A DNA stretch of 64,000 nucleotides from Marsupella aquatica (taxonomy: Eukaryota > Plantae > Marchantiophyta), in contig OZ316894.1 of the NCBI GenBank assembly GCA_973895155.1, forward strand, positions 8,704,234-8,768,233, read 5' to 3'. Below are positions 1-14,093 of the stretch, in pieces. A program made the position numbers and the translations under genes. Below the pieces are notes generated by a model, which did not search any database, was not told the origin of the DNA, and saw only the letters and a program-made list of their open reading frames with translations. Position 1 is the stretch's first letter. Each line of letters opens with the position of its first letter.

Positions 1-3000
1 GTGCGGAAGCTTGTAACAAGGATACCGAAACCAAAAGTTAGGACCACGAGAACTATGCATGGTCATGCCTTTAGAAAATTAGTCCGTGACTTGGTGCCCA
101 ATTTTTATCAGTGGTGTGAAGGTCTCTTGAATATCCGAGGGGCTTTTCACGTAGTAGTAGTAGTACAAGAGTTGTAGGAGATAATGGTGGTGTTCAGTCC
201 ATATTGGTGCAAAGCCTGGTAACCTAGGGCTGTAGAAGGGTTCCCTTGGAAGAGGATTGTTAAGTAGTTACAAAGGTTTATTCGCCCATCCCGAGCCAAA
301 CACGACACTCGTCAAGGGACAAGACTGGTCCGGATGCGTAATCTTGACTTGGGTTTGTTGCTTCCCTGTGCTCTATCCCAACGATAGATCCCATTTGGTA
401 TTCACCCACCAAAATTTTCCCTTGCCACACCTCACACCTCAATATTGAGGTTTGAATACTAACACGGATCCATGAGTCTCATTTGTCGATCCAACTCCAA
501 AATAATTTTGAGATTTTTCCTTGTTCATCACAACTCCAATCACATCCATATTTTACTTTTTCAAAATATGTTGGACCAATCAATGGACCGACCTGAAAAT
601 GGAGGCAAATGCCAAGTGGGTCTGTGGATCCCGTCTAAGATTCAAAGTCGTGGATTAGCCTCTGACCACAAGCCACTCATCCATTTTCACATTTAAATAC
701 CAAATTGGATCCCATTTGGTCTTTGTAAAGTTCTTGATTTGTAAAATAACATGTTCTTATACCAAATGTGGGATCCATGCATGGATCCCACTTAGTATTC
801 AAACAAGTTTTTATGACTTTTTCCTTTCTAGATTTGCGAAATAACATGTTTGAATTACCAAATAGTGGGATACTTGGTATTCCTCTTAAAATTTTCATCA
901 TTTGTTTATTTTTTTAGAAATACAATATGTTTTTTTGCGAGAATTTGGCTGGTCTCAAATTTTTTCTTTTTCTATTTTTGTAGCGGCTCAAGAGTCTCAA
1001 GCTCTTCTTTCTAACGGTATCAATTATAAGGAATTTGGATAAATACCAACAAAGATATGACTTCCAAAGCGTGAGAGTATATAAACTTAATTTTCTCTAA
1101 TTTTGTAATTTCACCCCACAACTTAATTTTATCATATCTTAGTCAATTTTTCATTGTTTTGTACTATTTATAAACCAATTTAATGTGCTATTATAAAATC
1201 TTTTCATTTCACTATTTGAATTTGATTAAGGTACACATAAAAACATATCAATTATTGTCACAACTAGTGATGAAGATGTTAAGTATAAATTTGGATCATT
1301 TCAAGAGACTCAGTAAGCTAGATAGGATCTTTGGATTGACTTTGAAAAAATGATTGAAAGGTTAGGGGCTCAAAGTTAAAAATGACCCGATATCTCACTA
1401 GTTTTGGATTGAATTTATCAATTTATGGCTTATGCATTCCAAATGCCTCATATCCTTAGATTAAATCTGAAGTGGGATACGTGGTATCCCATTTTGTATT
1501 CAAATCCTTATGGCTTGTGCATTCATACTTCTCATTTGGTCCGTTAGTGTGTTTATTGTGAGATATTCGATGGGATACGTGGTATCTCACTTTACATTCA
1601 ACCTATGTCTTTCAAACCTAATGTGAGAGATATTCGTTTTTTAATTCTAAAATGAGTGTGATTCATCAGTTGAATCCGAAGTGCGTATCCCATTTTGCAT
1701 TCAATCTTGAATTTCCTGCATTTTGCACCTATATATTTCATATTCAGAGATTAAACGCAAAGTGGGATACGGGGTATCCCACTTTGCATTCAACCTTATT
1801 TTTTCATGTTTATGACACCCAAACTGGATTGATCGTATCCAATTGAGATTTATATGACCTCATCATTTCCAAAAGATATATCATTCTTACCTATTTTTCC
1901 AGTCTGATTCGAGGGGATACGAATTTGCATAGAAGGTGTGGATTGCTAGGGAGCAAGAGGATACGGGAGTGAGAAAAAATGAGCAAAAAGATTTGAGTTG
2001 GGGCTCTCCTATTTATAGTTTCTCCTTGACCGGGGTCAACTTCTAACTGTAGTTTCATTGCAATCGATTGAAAGTTATTGTTAAAAAAAATTTTCTAGGA
2101 ATATTCTTGACGGGTAAACCACCCTTGCCCCTTTTACTGTGTTTTTTTTTTGTTTTTTTTAAACCGCGGTGGGATCCAAAATGGCATACATCATATCCCT
2201 GTTTCGCATTCAATTCATTTTTATCATTTTTAAAATCTAAAATCTGGTTTTTTAGAGGGAATACTAATTCCGTATCTAGTATGTTTTTTTCTTATAATTT
2301 TTTCTTGCCACGGGCAAAATGAGAAGTGTGATCACACTTCTTGTTTGGTCCGTCATCTATGTTAAAGATGTTGTAAACTAAAAGGCATGATTGCGCCAAG
2401 ATGTCAATAAGTCAAAGATGTTATTTACAAAACAGATGATGTTGTGCAAACAATGTCAATGCGTAAAGGATGACATTTAGCAATGAAAAGATGTCAATGT
2501 GTAAAAGATATTTAAATCCCTCATTGCACAAAAGAAGTATATTCATAACCACTACAAAAACTACAAAAATATAATATTATAGGTTTTGATAGCTCAATTC
2601 CCGTGTCTCGCACAAAATATGTCACTCCGCAAGAAATTTTGTTTGCAAATTATAAAAATGTTACACAAAATATGTTGTTGCATCAAATATATCAGTGTAG
2701 AGTAGGGTTTTGGGAAAGAATCACTATTCTACCTTTAAACAACCAAAATTTGTTTTTGTTAAAAACTTGTGAGACCTAAAATATTATTTTAATACACTTT
2801 GAGATGTTTAAGCCAACATATATTAGGTCTAGAAAATAATTCTGATATTTTCAAAGTATTGAGTGTTTAGATACTTAACTCAAATATTGCGATATAATTA
2901 TCATCTATAGTGCAAGAATAAAAGCTAAGATTTAACAAAACAACCAAAAACCAAAGGCATGAAGATAGTATTAGGTGAATTTGATTATCTCTTCTCTACT

Positions 3001-3427
3001 TTCCCCCTGGTAACTTATGACTAAGTTAGGCTGTAATATAGTACATTAGTTAGAAATGATAGAAAAATTATAAATTTTGAACTTTTTCTAAGTCAAAGGT
3101 GCAGTATAGCTACCTTTTGTAACCATTTAGATCGATTGGACACTTTACCTAATATCATGCTACACCGAAGACTACTTCCTGTTCTGGATCTTGAACGACA
3201 GCGGAAGTCTTTACCTTTCTATCGGCATCCACTCAAGACATGGATGTAATTCGAGAAGCTATGCAAGAGAATACCTACACAAGAGTTCAGCAACCGGACC
3301 AGACAACACTACTCCAACAAGATTAGTTCTCTTACGACAATAGTTAAGATCAATCGATCTCCACCATTTTAGTTAAATAGTTAAAATAGTTAAAAAAGTC
3401 TCATACTTTTCCAGGAGATAGCCCTTA

Positions 3428-4808
3428 TGTAGTTGACCATACCCTGAAAGTATGGGCCAAAACCGACATGTCGTTTAGAAGTTATAGTATTTTTAGTTTT
3501 ATAAAAAGCGTGAGTGCACAAAGGCGCAACGGCGCTACTATGCCAAAGCGCAAAGGCGCAACCGTGCTTCCAACACTTAGAAAAATTTCCCGAAAAATGT
3601 ATTTTTTTATCCTATAACACTTTTCACCGATTTTATTAAGGCACTTAGACACCTCAGAAAAGTTTAAAATTTTGCCAACATATAACATGTATATAAATCT
3701 TCCACCTAGAAAAGTTTCACTCCATTTTGACTTTTATGTTAGAAATTAAAATTCTGATAAATTCACTATTTATTAGTTTTATCATAAAAGTGCAAAAAAT
3801 ACTTTTATTCCAGTTTACACTAGGGATAACTTTTAGTTAGTTTTTTATTCCAGCAACATTCTAGTGAACCTTGAGTACTCTTATAGCATATTTTCATACT
3901 TTTTACTTTAGTTTATGACCCTTGAGATATGAAAGGGCATGTCCTTTCATTATCTCTTTTCCCTTAGTTCCTGCCACCCTATATGTAGTTGAATTTATGT
4001 CACTTTTAGTGTGAAGAAATTTCATGAGCGCTCAGTTGCAAGATTGCAACTTTGTTACCTCCATTTGTAGCAAGCACTCCATTGCATATGAGTACTTAAT
4101 ACAAAAGAATTCTTCCCCCTTCAAGTCTAAATGAATGAGAAGTTTGGACCCTTGAAGTAAAATTATTGTGATTGTTAAATCTTTTGAGTATGTGGAAATA
4201 GATTCCTTGTTGATGATGTTTCACATATTCCTTAGTTCTTTATGCATAGTTTTTGGCGTGACATTGCTTGTGCACGGGATACAAAGATTGTTACTTATCA
4301 ATTACTTATGGCTTCAAATTTGATTATGATGGTGTCTCTTATTTGTGACACAAAGTACCGATTGGATACAGAAGTGATTGATTACTAGTCTTCACTCAGT
4401 ACCTTGGAAGGAAAAGTTGAGACATGTTGACGAAATTTTATTAATCATCCTAGTACCGTACTCCTTTCCAGAAATGTTCTTGCGAATATACCACCTAAAT
4501 CATATCAAATGAAGTTAAGTTGAGGAGTCACCTTGGTTGTTTCCTAACTCCCTCACCATACCTCAAGGTTTTCATTGTGTTTTATTAATTGTTTCCATTT
4601 TGTTAATTTTATTTTCAATGTCAAGCAGACATTTAAAACTATGCCTTGATGAGCAATCATAGTAAAAGGCTCAACTTTGTATTTTTGTTACCTTATTCAT
4701 TCATAAGTGCTAAATCATAGAAAATCATTCCTTACATGTTCTTCCATGGGAACGAATACTGAGTTTTGGATCTTAAATGTTCATTTATGTCCCTAGTGTG
4801 ATACTACA
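3428..4808 (+). mobile_element. Possible retrotransposon LTR (~1.38 kb), degenerate
   Basis: Bounded by TGTAGT (3428) and ACTACA (4808), a 6-bp terminal inverted repeat of TG...CA type. AT-rich and non-coding inside. No matching TSD (CCTTA vs TAGGC) and no second copy in the window. Confidence 0.35.
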
Positions 4809-7800
4809 TAGGCACTATTAAGAGTCCATAAAGAATTTGACTAAATTAACTATACCCAAAACTCTTCTCCAATTAAAGGCAACCATCTTTAAATTTAAAA
4901 AATATTATTGTAAAGTAACTTGTGTTAACTTTGTGACCAATGTCAGGACAAAGATGATACTCTTTCATTCAATCATTATTAATATTGCTTTTGGGTCTAT
5001 GCAATTTGTGAGGGTCCATTGGTGAATTTGTATCAACACCTTATCCAACATAAATGTCATATAGCCAATATGAATCTTTAGGTCTTTATATGATCTCAGG
5101 CATGCGCGTTCAATCAGCCTAGAAATTGGCTAAAGCATTATTCACTTAGTCACATCACACAACATTTTCCAACAAAGGATAGGCACACACTAAAGTTTAA
5201 TCGCAAAATTTATAGATTGTCATATAATTATTTTATTATTTCCATTTCAAGAAGAGTTTTCCAAAAGTTCAATGTAAGTCTGATTGATAAAATGAAAACT
5301 TTTCCTTTTATACTTAGGGGTAAGTTTTCTCGTTCTAAATAAAAATTGAAAAGATATGCAATCTCTTTAGTTCTTAACCTGTATGTATAAGTCAAAAGTA
5401 ATGCTAAAGTCCAAAACTAGATTATGAAGAAAGATACTCAACAAACATTTATAGTCTAATTTTTCTTGTACTAAATTTTATCACACTTCAAAAATAAAAT
5501 TGAATCAAAAACTAGATTGAAAGTAAGTCAAAACCAGATTGAAAGTGGGTTAAAATTGGCTCATCCCGGATTGAATAATTTTTTAATGATTAGGTTTTAG
5601 AGTGTTAGTCTTCATCGGTGTAAGGTCTACTATTAGATCAATAGAGAATTTACATCGTGATAAAAAACAACACAAAAAGTCATGTTATGGAGCAAAAAAA
5701 ATTATGTTGCAAACAAAAACCAAAATCCAAAAATATATTATTAAAAATAATATTTTCTAAAATATATTAGAATACAATATTTTTTTGCTACCCAAAAAAA
5801 TAAACAAAACAAAAAATACTCAATTTCAAAAAAAGTATCACCCATTTTTCTTACCAGTAACTTTTAATATTTTGTTGTTTGCTGTTTGCCCTCACGGTGT
5901 TTATACCCGATCAATGGCACTAAGAGATTTTGGCATAAAAATCGTTCCTCCATATGTAGTAGCAAAAGATGAGGTGAAAAATTAAATTGGATGTGATAGT
6001 GGTAGAAGATACATTATAATGAGGTGAATTAACTCATCTTTTTGCTAGAGTCACCCTGGGAGATGGAAGAGGAATTTTCTCCTCAAGTAGGTCTGGTCCA
6101 CCTCATAGAATCTCAATATTTTTTTAGATCAGAAAGGATAGTCTTTATGGCATAGAGACTTTCATCTACTTTGTCACCATAGTCATGTGTAATTTGAATG
6201 AGTAAAGGTATGAGAAGTGGATTGGACATGCTAACAAAGTACTTTCGAAAGAGTTGGGTCAGAATTAGGTTTCTTCTTTGCTCTTCAATTGATGCTCCAA
6301 GTGATCCATAATTCTAGAAATATTATTAAACAACGGCTGCTCAATCAATGTAGTACTCTCCTAACTTCCTTTTCTATAACATCTATTCAGATTGTAATTT
6401 TTTTTCTCTCTTCTTCCAATGTCTTATCCAATTATTGAACCTTAGCCTTATTGTCATCCTTTTTATTAGGTTTTCCACCTTTTCTAGGAGATCAACAAGA
6501 GCTACACCAATCACTTGGGATAGTCTTGAGAATACTGGCTTCATAATTCGCATTGTGATCTTGATGTCCAAGATATCTTTCAATACACAAGAGAAATGAT
6601 GAGATGTACATAGAATGGAAAATATTTTCTGAGGAGATTGTAACACCATTCACCGGTTAGAAAACTATTTTAGAATACGGTGTAGAAACCGGATCACAAT
6701 ATCCTCCGGATTTATCCAACCTTTTTTTCTATTTGGGTCTACAATATTAATTTCCTCTGGTTTTTATCATTATCAAAATCTGGTAAAGCTTAAAGCTTTG
6801 GATCCAAGATTGAGCCATATTTCATATAGGCACTTTTGGTTCCAAATGCATACTCTCATGCTTAAATAAAGTTTGGTCATGAGAATAAAGGTGCACTAGG
6901 TAGCAAGAGAGTGGAATAAGACCTCTGCTTGATAGGGCAATTATCTAAAATACCTCAAAAATAGTAGTCCAAAATACATCTATAGTCTTAAAGAAAGTCT
7001 CATACTTTGATGATCACTCTTTTTGGTTTTTTTGGATAGATGAAAGGAAACTAGGAAAGTCATGTGTGCATTGATTGATGTCCCATCCTTCTTTGGATTC
7101 ATCTTACCTTCAAATAAAGCACTCCTCTCTAAGATTGAAACCACTCCTAGGCCATCACTAGAAGCTTAGTCTGAGCTGTAAATCTAATTCAAAAGTGTCG
7201 TATAACATCAAATGTAAATATCAATAAATATGTGCTAAAACTTGGTGTTTGTTCTCGTGGAAGAACAAGAATGTGATGAAAAATATTTTGCATTATTTTA
7301 AAGTGGCTTAGAGAGGAAACTCATACCTCTATCAAATAAACACACAAGAAAAATAAATTTGAAAGAACTAAGAAAACACAAGAAAAATGTTTTTTGTCAT
7401 AAAATATGATAAGTAGACTTTTCAACTAAGCCAAATTTTAGCACTCCTTCATCACCACTACTTCAATTAAAAATGATTATGGTCAATTTTAATTGCTTCT
7501 CAAGCTCATACTTTCAATTCTCTACTTCCTAGCATTATCTCACTATACCCACAATAAGTTTTATGGATAAAGTTACTTGGTCAAACCCTGTAAACATACA
7601 CTAGTACATTTTGAGGCATTTTACCAATTTTATTTTCATTGGACACCTTCAAGAAATCCGATGCAGAAATCTCACTTGTCTAATACCAATAGCATCACAT
7701 ACTGCGATCTCATTTATATCAAAAAATGACAATCAGAAATGAATCGGAACTACCGATACCACAAAGTTTGGTAGTTTTGTCCTTAAAAGTGTCAAAAAAT

Positions 7801-7940
7801 ACTTTGCCCGATTCCATTTTATCGGATGTGTTCTGTGTATTTTGTGTCAACAGAGGCGAGTAATTCTAGACCGATAGTATGGACATGGAAACTCCCAATT
7901 TTATTGGAATCAAAAACATCCAATTATTTTGGGTTTTGCA

Positions 7941-10900
7941 ATGAAGTTGCATATCATTTCCCATAATGTACAGGGTTTGTATGGTATGGATAGAATATCC
8001 AGTTACGACAATTCATTCAACTGTGAGTAGGGAGAGTAAAGATGTTATCATATCACGTTTGGAAAGAGGCTGAATTCTTTAGTACTCCGGCTGGTGATGG
8101 AGCCATTGCTTTTCGGGATCCTGATGCTGACTCAGGTAAAGGTGGGTTGTTCATGGCTGTGGGCCCCAAGATGAGGTCATCTATTGGCCAAGTTGGTTTC
8201 CTCCCAAGTGGAAAAGGCATGTGGTGCACCTTTAAGCATCCTAAGCTAGGAGAGTTCGGGGTCTTTAATGTATATGCTTTGACGGGTCAAGATGGGGAGA
8301 AAGATCGTACCACTCTCTAGGGAAAAATTTTCCGTGAAATAAGGAATGATCTGGTGTGGATCATTACTGATGACTTCAATATGGTGGATAACTTACAAGA
8401 TCAAGCTGGTGGGCGTCCACATATGGTTGCTGGTAGAGAGAAAAGGGCATGGGATCACCTTAAGAGAAGAATGGGGTGGTTTGATATTTTTACTAGATAC
8501 CCTGGTCAGTTACGTTTTTCATGGTGCAATAGACGTTCGGTTAACTTGTTGCCAAGATCAGTACATATTTACAGACGTCTGGATAGATGCTATGCACCTA
8601 TAGAATCATCGAGCCTGGAGTTCTCTGTGATATCTAAGATTATACCAACGCAATATATGTCTGATCATCATTCTCTGAGCATCTATTGTACTGTTGGCAT
8701 TCACCATACTTACCCATCACGGTTCATTATGAATTCTGCACATTTTTCGGTCTTGAGCTTTCGACAAAAAATGACTGATTTATTCGTGGCGGAGCACACC
8801 AAAATAATGCGTAAAAAGCTTCCACCAGATAAAGTCTTGGAGATTTGTCTGAAGAAGGCTACTAATCTTGATCATGCTTGGGGTAAACAACAAGCTATGA
8901 TCAAAGTTTCTCAAGTATTATCCTTGAAAAAGTCACTATCATTGGCACAAGTTGCTCTAGAATTGGATCCACAGAATGTTGCCCTATAATCAGAACTCTT
9001 AGATTGTCAGCATCGGCTGAAAGAGATTGAAGATGGCAAGATGAAATGGATGCAAGAGGCATGTTCTCAGATACAATTCAACTCCTTTAAAGAAAGGGCA
9101 TCGGTCAATGAGATCAAAGGGTTGTATGATGGGGAAAATAAGATTTAGGGCGAATGGGACGGATCTGGCTAAGATTGCATCCTCATTTTACTCCAATCTT
9201 CTATCCTCTAAACACCGATCATCTGAAGCTGAGTTAAATGCAGTGTTGGATAAGGTTCAATTGAGGATTTTGCCAGAAGATCAGCAATCGATGGAGCAGA
9301 TGCTAGTTCTAGATGAAATTCTTGCAGCTACCAAAGCTTTAGGGAAGCATAAGCACTTGGACATGATGGGGTACCGGCTGAGTTCTTCTTGAGTTTCTAG
9401 GATTTTCTGGGCCCTCTTTTACTGGAGGCTTTTAAAGGCAGAGTAGAGGTTGGGAAATTTAACTCGAATTTCCTCAAAAGTACTATTGTCTTGCTACCAA
9501 AAAAAAGGATGAACTGAGGATTGAAAACAAACGTCCGATATCTTTGCTTACGGTAAGCTATAAGATTGGGACTAAGGCCTTTCAATTACGATTGATCAGG
9601 GTCTTGATTAAGCTTATTTCATCACAACAATATGCTTACCTACCAGGCCGCTCTATCCATCATACCATTATACTAACAAATGAAATGGTTGTCAAGGCTA
9701 TGGATGATCCGGATCCATACATTCAACATTGTCATCAAAGCCTTCGACAATGTTGAATGGCTATTCATCGAAAGGATGTTGGTCACAATTGGTTTTGGGC
9801 ATCGTTTCATTAATTTTTTCAGAGCAATTACGAAAGGAGCTTCTTCCAACATTCTGATAAATGGAAAGATCTCTTCTCCTTTTACTATTTCTCGTTCGGT
9901 TCATCAAGGATGTTTGATTTCTCCTCTGTTTTTTATCATAGCTATTCAAGGATTGGATAGTATGATATCTGATCATCTGGAGAAAGGGTTGTTGAAGGGG
10001 GTCCATTTCACGGATGTAAACGTGCATTTGGCACAACAATTTTATGCAAATAATACTACCATTGTTATCAAAACTGAAAAACAGAATATCGACAACTGTA
10101 AATGAATTTTTGAAGAGTTTGCATTGGCCTCTGGGCTGGGTTGCAATTGGGATAAGGCGTCGGTGGTTCTGTTGAGTAAGAATCCCATACCGGCTGAGCT
10201 GGAAGTTTTAAGTTGGAATTGGGAAAGTGTTGGTAACTTTTCTAAATTACTGGGCTTTATATTTGGTGCTGAAGGAATTGAGCATGCCAGCTCTCTGATT
10301 CGTATTCAAGGAATTCTGGAGAAAAAAATACTGTCGACGAAAAAATGACCGATGTCTTTTATGGCTTGGGTCTTATTTCTCAATCATATTATTATGGGAT
10401 CTTTATGGTTCTTTTTCACGCTGTGGAGTGGCTTTGATAAGGATATTCATGTCATCAAATTGATACTGATTAATTTTCTATGGGAAGGACAAGAGAGTTC
10501 GACTCATCATCGGGTTGACTTTTGTATACTCTCTCTTCTCAAGAAAGATGAGGAGTAGGCTTAATCTCGTTGGATCATCAGGTCACAGCACTAGCGGCTC
10601 GTTTCATTTTATTTGCACTAAAGGAAGGAGATCATCCTCTCCAGTTAATTCTTTGTTCACGCATTAAAAGTTTATCAGCGCACAAGTGGGGAACTTGGGA
10701 TTACTCTTGGGTGTACAATCAATGTCGCACTTTGTCTCAAGCTCGATCTGGAATCTGGTTCAATATTTGTCGTTATTGGAATAGGATAAAATTGTTGCTC
10801 CATTTTTTGGTCCCGGCTAATTTGTCTGCTTTATTGAATCATCCACTTTGGTCCCCGTCCATCAATTATATTGATATCAAATCAATTGGCTGCAAATTGA

Positions 10901-11794
10901 ATCAATAGAATGAGTTGAGAGAGTTGGGCTTATACCGATGGAAAGATGTAATTGATGTTTGGGCTGCTTCGCGTCACTGGGAGGAGTTAATTACATTGGG
11001 TGCTCAGTCCCAAAGTAAAAGAGCTTTTTTGGCTCTTATTGCCAATTCTAAGTTCCCAATGGTTCCGTTGGCTGATCCCGAGGGGAAAGCGCATGTAATT
11101 CAGAGCGGTTCCTAGTGACCAAATCATATGGAGGAATATCTAAAAACCATTTAGATGGACATGGAATCTATTTCTTTGGCAGCTTGCTCACAAGATTAAT
11201 GCTACTCAACATTATATCGGTAGGAGATCTTCTTGACATGATATCAATGGTATTCTTATCCCATTTTCTCGTTCTGATCCTCTTTGATGGTGTAAGCGAT
11301 ACGATGGAGAAGCTCATGAAGATATAATACACTGTCAATGGACATGTACTGAATCTCAACAGATATGGGGATGGATTGCCAGGGTGATGGACAGTGCTAT
11401 TAGTCTTCAACCTTCGGTGGTGTCTTTCAATGCTGTGCAAGCAATACTTGGTGCTCAGATTGCTGGAACTAATAGAGGCTTTCCATGTAAACTTTGACAT
11501 TTGATCCGAGGCCTCTCCAACTGGCATCTATGGAAAGCCAGATGTTCTCTAAAAAAAGAGGAGATTCACGTTTCGATCACTGGGATTTAGATTAAAATCT
11601 GGAGAGAAATACGGCTTTATCTCATGATAGCTTGGTCTCAAGGAATTCTACGACATAGGGCTGCTGGCCAAAGTCTCCAAGATCTTATAGGATGCATGAT
11701 CAGAGATTTTGGTAGAATAGAAGGCTTATTTAGTATTATTGAGGAGTCAATTATTGTTGAGTATAAGCCATTATGGGCTTTCGATCCGCCCTGA
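7941..11794 (+). mobile_element. L1-type LINE retrotransposon ORF2 (APE endonuclease + reverse transcriptase), pseudogenised
   Basis: Starts MKLHIISHNVQGL (APE S-x-N-V-x-G motif). Continues with VFNVYA, DDFNMV, RRLDRCY and SDHH (endonuclease), then QYAYLPGRSIHH, KAFDNVEW, SVHQGCLISPLFF and FYANNT (YADD decayed to YANN at 10043-10054), followed by KLLGF and FLWEG. Many frameshifts and stops; ends WAFDPP* at 11794. Confidence 0.92.
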
Positions 11795-14093
11795 ATTATT
11801 TTCAGGTTTCATTTGTGGCTTCTGGAATCAATTTTGATTTATTTAGCGGTAGGTTCTTAGTATGTGGATAGCCAGTCCTGTCTCTGGGATTGGCGCCTTT
11901 ATGCAGTTGTTCAGTCCCTAGTTTTATCGCTAAGTCTCTTCCTATATTTATTGGCTGAGTATGCCCTCATTTTTGCTCTGCTCCTTGGTTTTAGTTAGGT
12001 GGGCCTTGTAATTGGTGCCTTTCACCTTTCCCTTTTTGCCTTGTCAGCTTGGCCGAATGTGTTTGGTCTATGGATTCAACTAAAATTCAATAGTAGGATT
12101 GAGGATCCACTATGAATAACTTGACCGAGAGTACTTCCATAATAAAATTTATATCCAAGTTTAGTTGTAAGACTAAACCTAAATTATTTATATAAATTAT
12201 TTTTTATATAAAAATTATGACTAAGTTTCTTACAAATATAATCAAGGGGTGATCCGATTACTTGTTTTACCAAGGATAATAATCATTTATCCATGCGTGA
12301 AAACCAAGGGTCTAATTGAAATAAATTTGTAATTTCACCCGGATTAAGGCTAATAATAGTAACTAGTTTACCTTGGGTTAGTTATATGATAAAATTATGG
12401 AAAAATAATGTTGATTAAAAAGACTGTCGTTAAAACTTTGCAATGCATTGTAGTTTTAGAATAGACTTTGTTTGTCATGTATGTTTATTACGTTCTATTT
12501 TGCTAGTATTTGTTTAAATATTCTTTCTGTCTAGCTTAAGATTATAATTATTATTTTTAATATGGATGTATGAAAAGAAAAAATAATAATAAAACTAAGA
12601 AGAGTTACTCAATGAAAAAAATGCAAAGCTTAATATTTTATATATATCTGAGAGATTTGTGTGTCTTGTATTGTTTTGTGTTGTTTTGAATATTATTCTA
12701 ATTGCAAGTAAAAATATTGCTAACTATTTTGAAGAACGATTATGATGTAGACGCTACAAACTTTGTCATTGAAGCAAAGTTTGTAGCAACAGACTTTTAA
12801 AATTTTCTCAAAACAGATTTAACACGTGCTTTGATCTTTAATTGCTTCTCCCCAAAGTGGATTTGACGTGTGCTTTGTACTTTAACTTCTCCTCATATGC
12901 CATCTTTGGAGTCGTCTATATCAGATTGCTCTCCATCTTATTTTCCATTGATAATCTAAAAAGAGTATCATGATCTAGTAAATTTTCGGCAACATCTATC
13001 GGAATTTATATATTTTTCAAGCTCACCGATGTAGTCATTGCTCTTCAAATAAGAGATGCGGACCGAGACTAAAAATACTCTTCTATTGGGAGAAAAGGAA
13101 GGGAGAACTTATGTGCGAATAAACTAGTAGCCAGAATATGCAATGTGTGTGGAATGAACAGTTTAAAGATCATCTCAATGTTTTATACTATTTCGTTTTC
13201 ACTACTATTTAGTCAATTCAGTGCCACAAACGTAGGGCGCAATCTAGAATGGTTTTTGGAGAGGATAACCGTCTGTTAAGTTAGTAACACTAATATAGGA
13301 CGAAATCTATGATGGTTTCTAGAAGAAAGTAAATGTTTTATTGACGCGTATTAGAATTGATATAAAGTTCATTTGTCCTCTAATTATGGCTTTAATTTCA
13401 CGTTTGGCAACCGGCCCGAGATATACTAATTGCCACCGTAGTGAAGTATTGAGATGATTGCTTATGAGGGTGTTCATAGTTATTGGCTATCTAGTGTCCA
13501 CTCAATGGTAAACTAGTACTGTCCACTTATTTTTTAATTGTAGGTGAAATGATTGATCATAATTAATTGTAGTCATTCTGAGTCACTTAAAATGATTGGA
13601 TATTAATAGATAAACTATTTTAGAATTTTAGGGAGGTCTCAATATTGATGACAGAAACCATTTTGAACGGTGTACATGAATGTCTGTAAAACAGGTAGGT
13701 TTATAGCTGGTATGTGGTACTTCATATTCGTGGTCTATTCTCTCTGGGAGTTTGTATTGTATATCCATAAGCGTGTGAGTATTTTACCATCTCATGCGTA
13801 ATCGTATCTTATTTATGAAGCACCAAGTACGAGCTAGAGTTTGGCTAGGCTTCTAGTTTCTACATCCTAGATCCTATTATCCTTACACCCTTTAGGATCA
13901 TGCGACTAGTTGCGTGTAGTGCAGTATTTTGTGCTTACTTCAGGTAGTTGACGAACAGAACATGATAGTACGCTTATAGTCATATTCTTTGATGTACAGG
14001 ATCATAATTATTATGGAGACATCAACAATCTAGATTAGGGAAGACAGACAAGTTATTATAGGCATACGTGAGAAATAGGTTGGAAAAGGTTAC

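Noticed and set aside
380-2220. Palindromic units as a CRISPR array
   Set aside because: Spacing is very irregular (about 70-600 bp) and the units vary in length and sequence.
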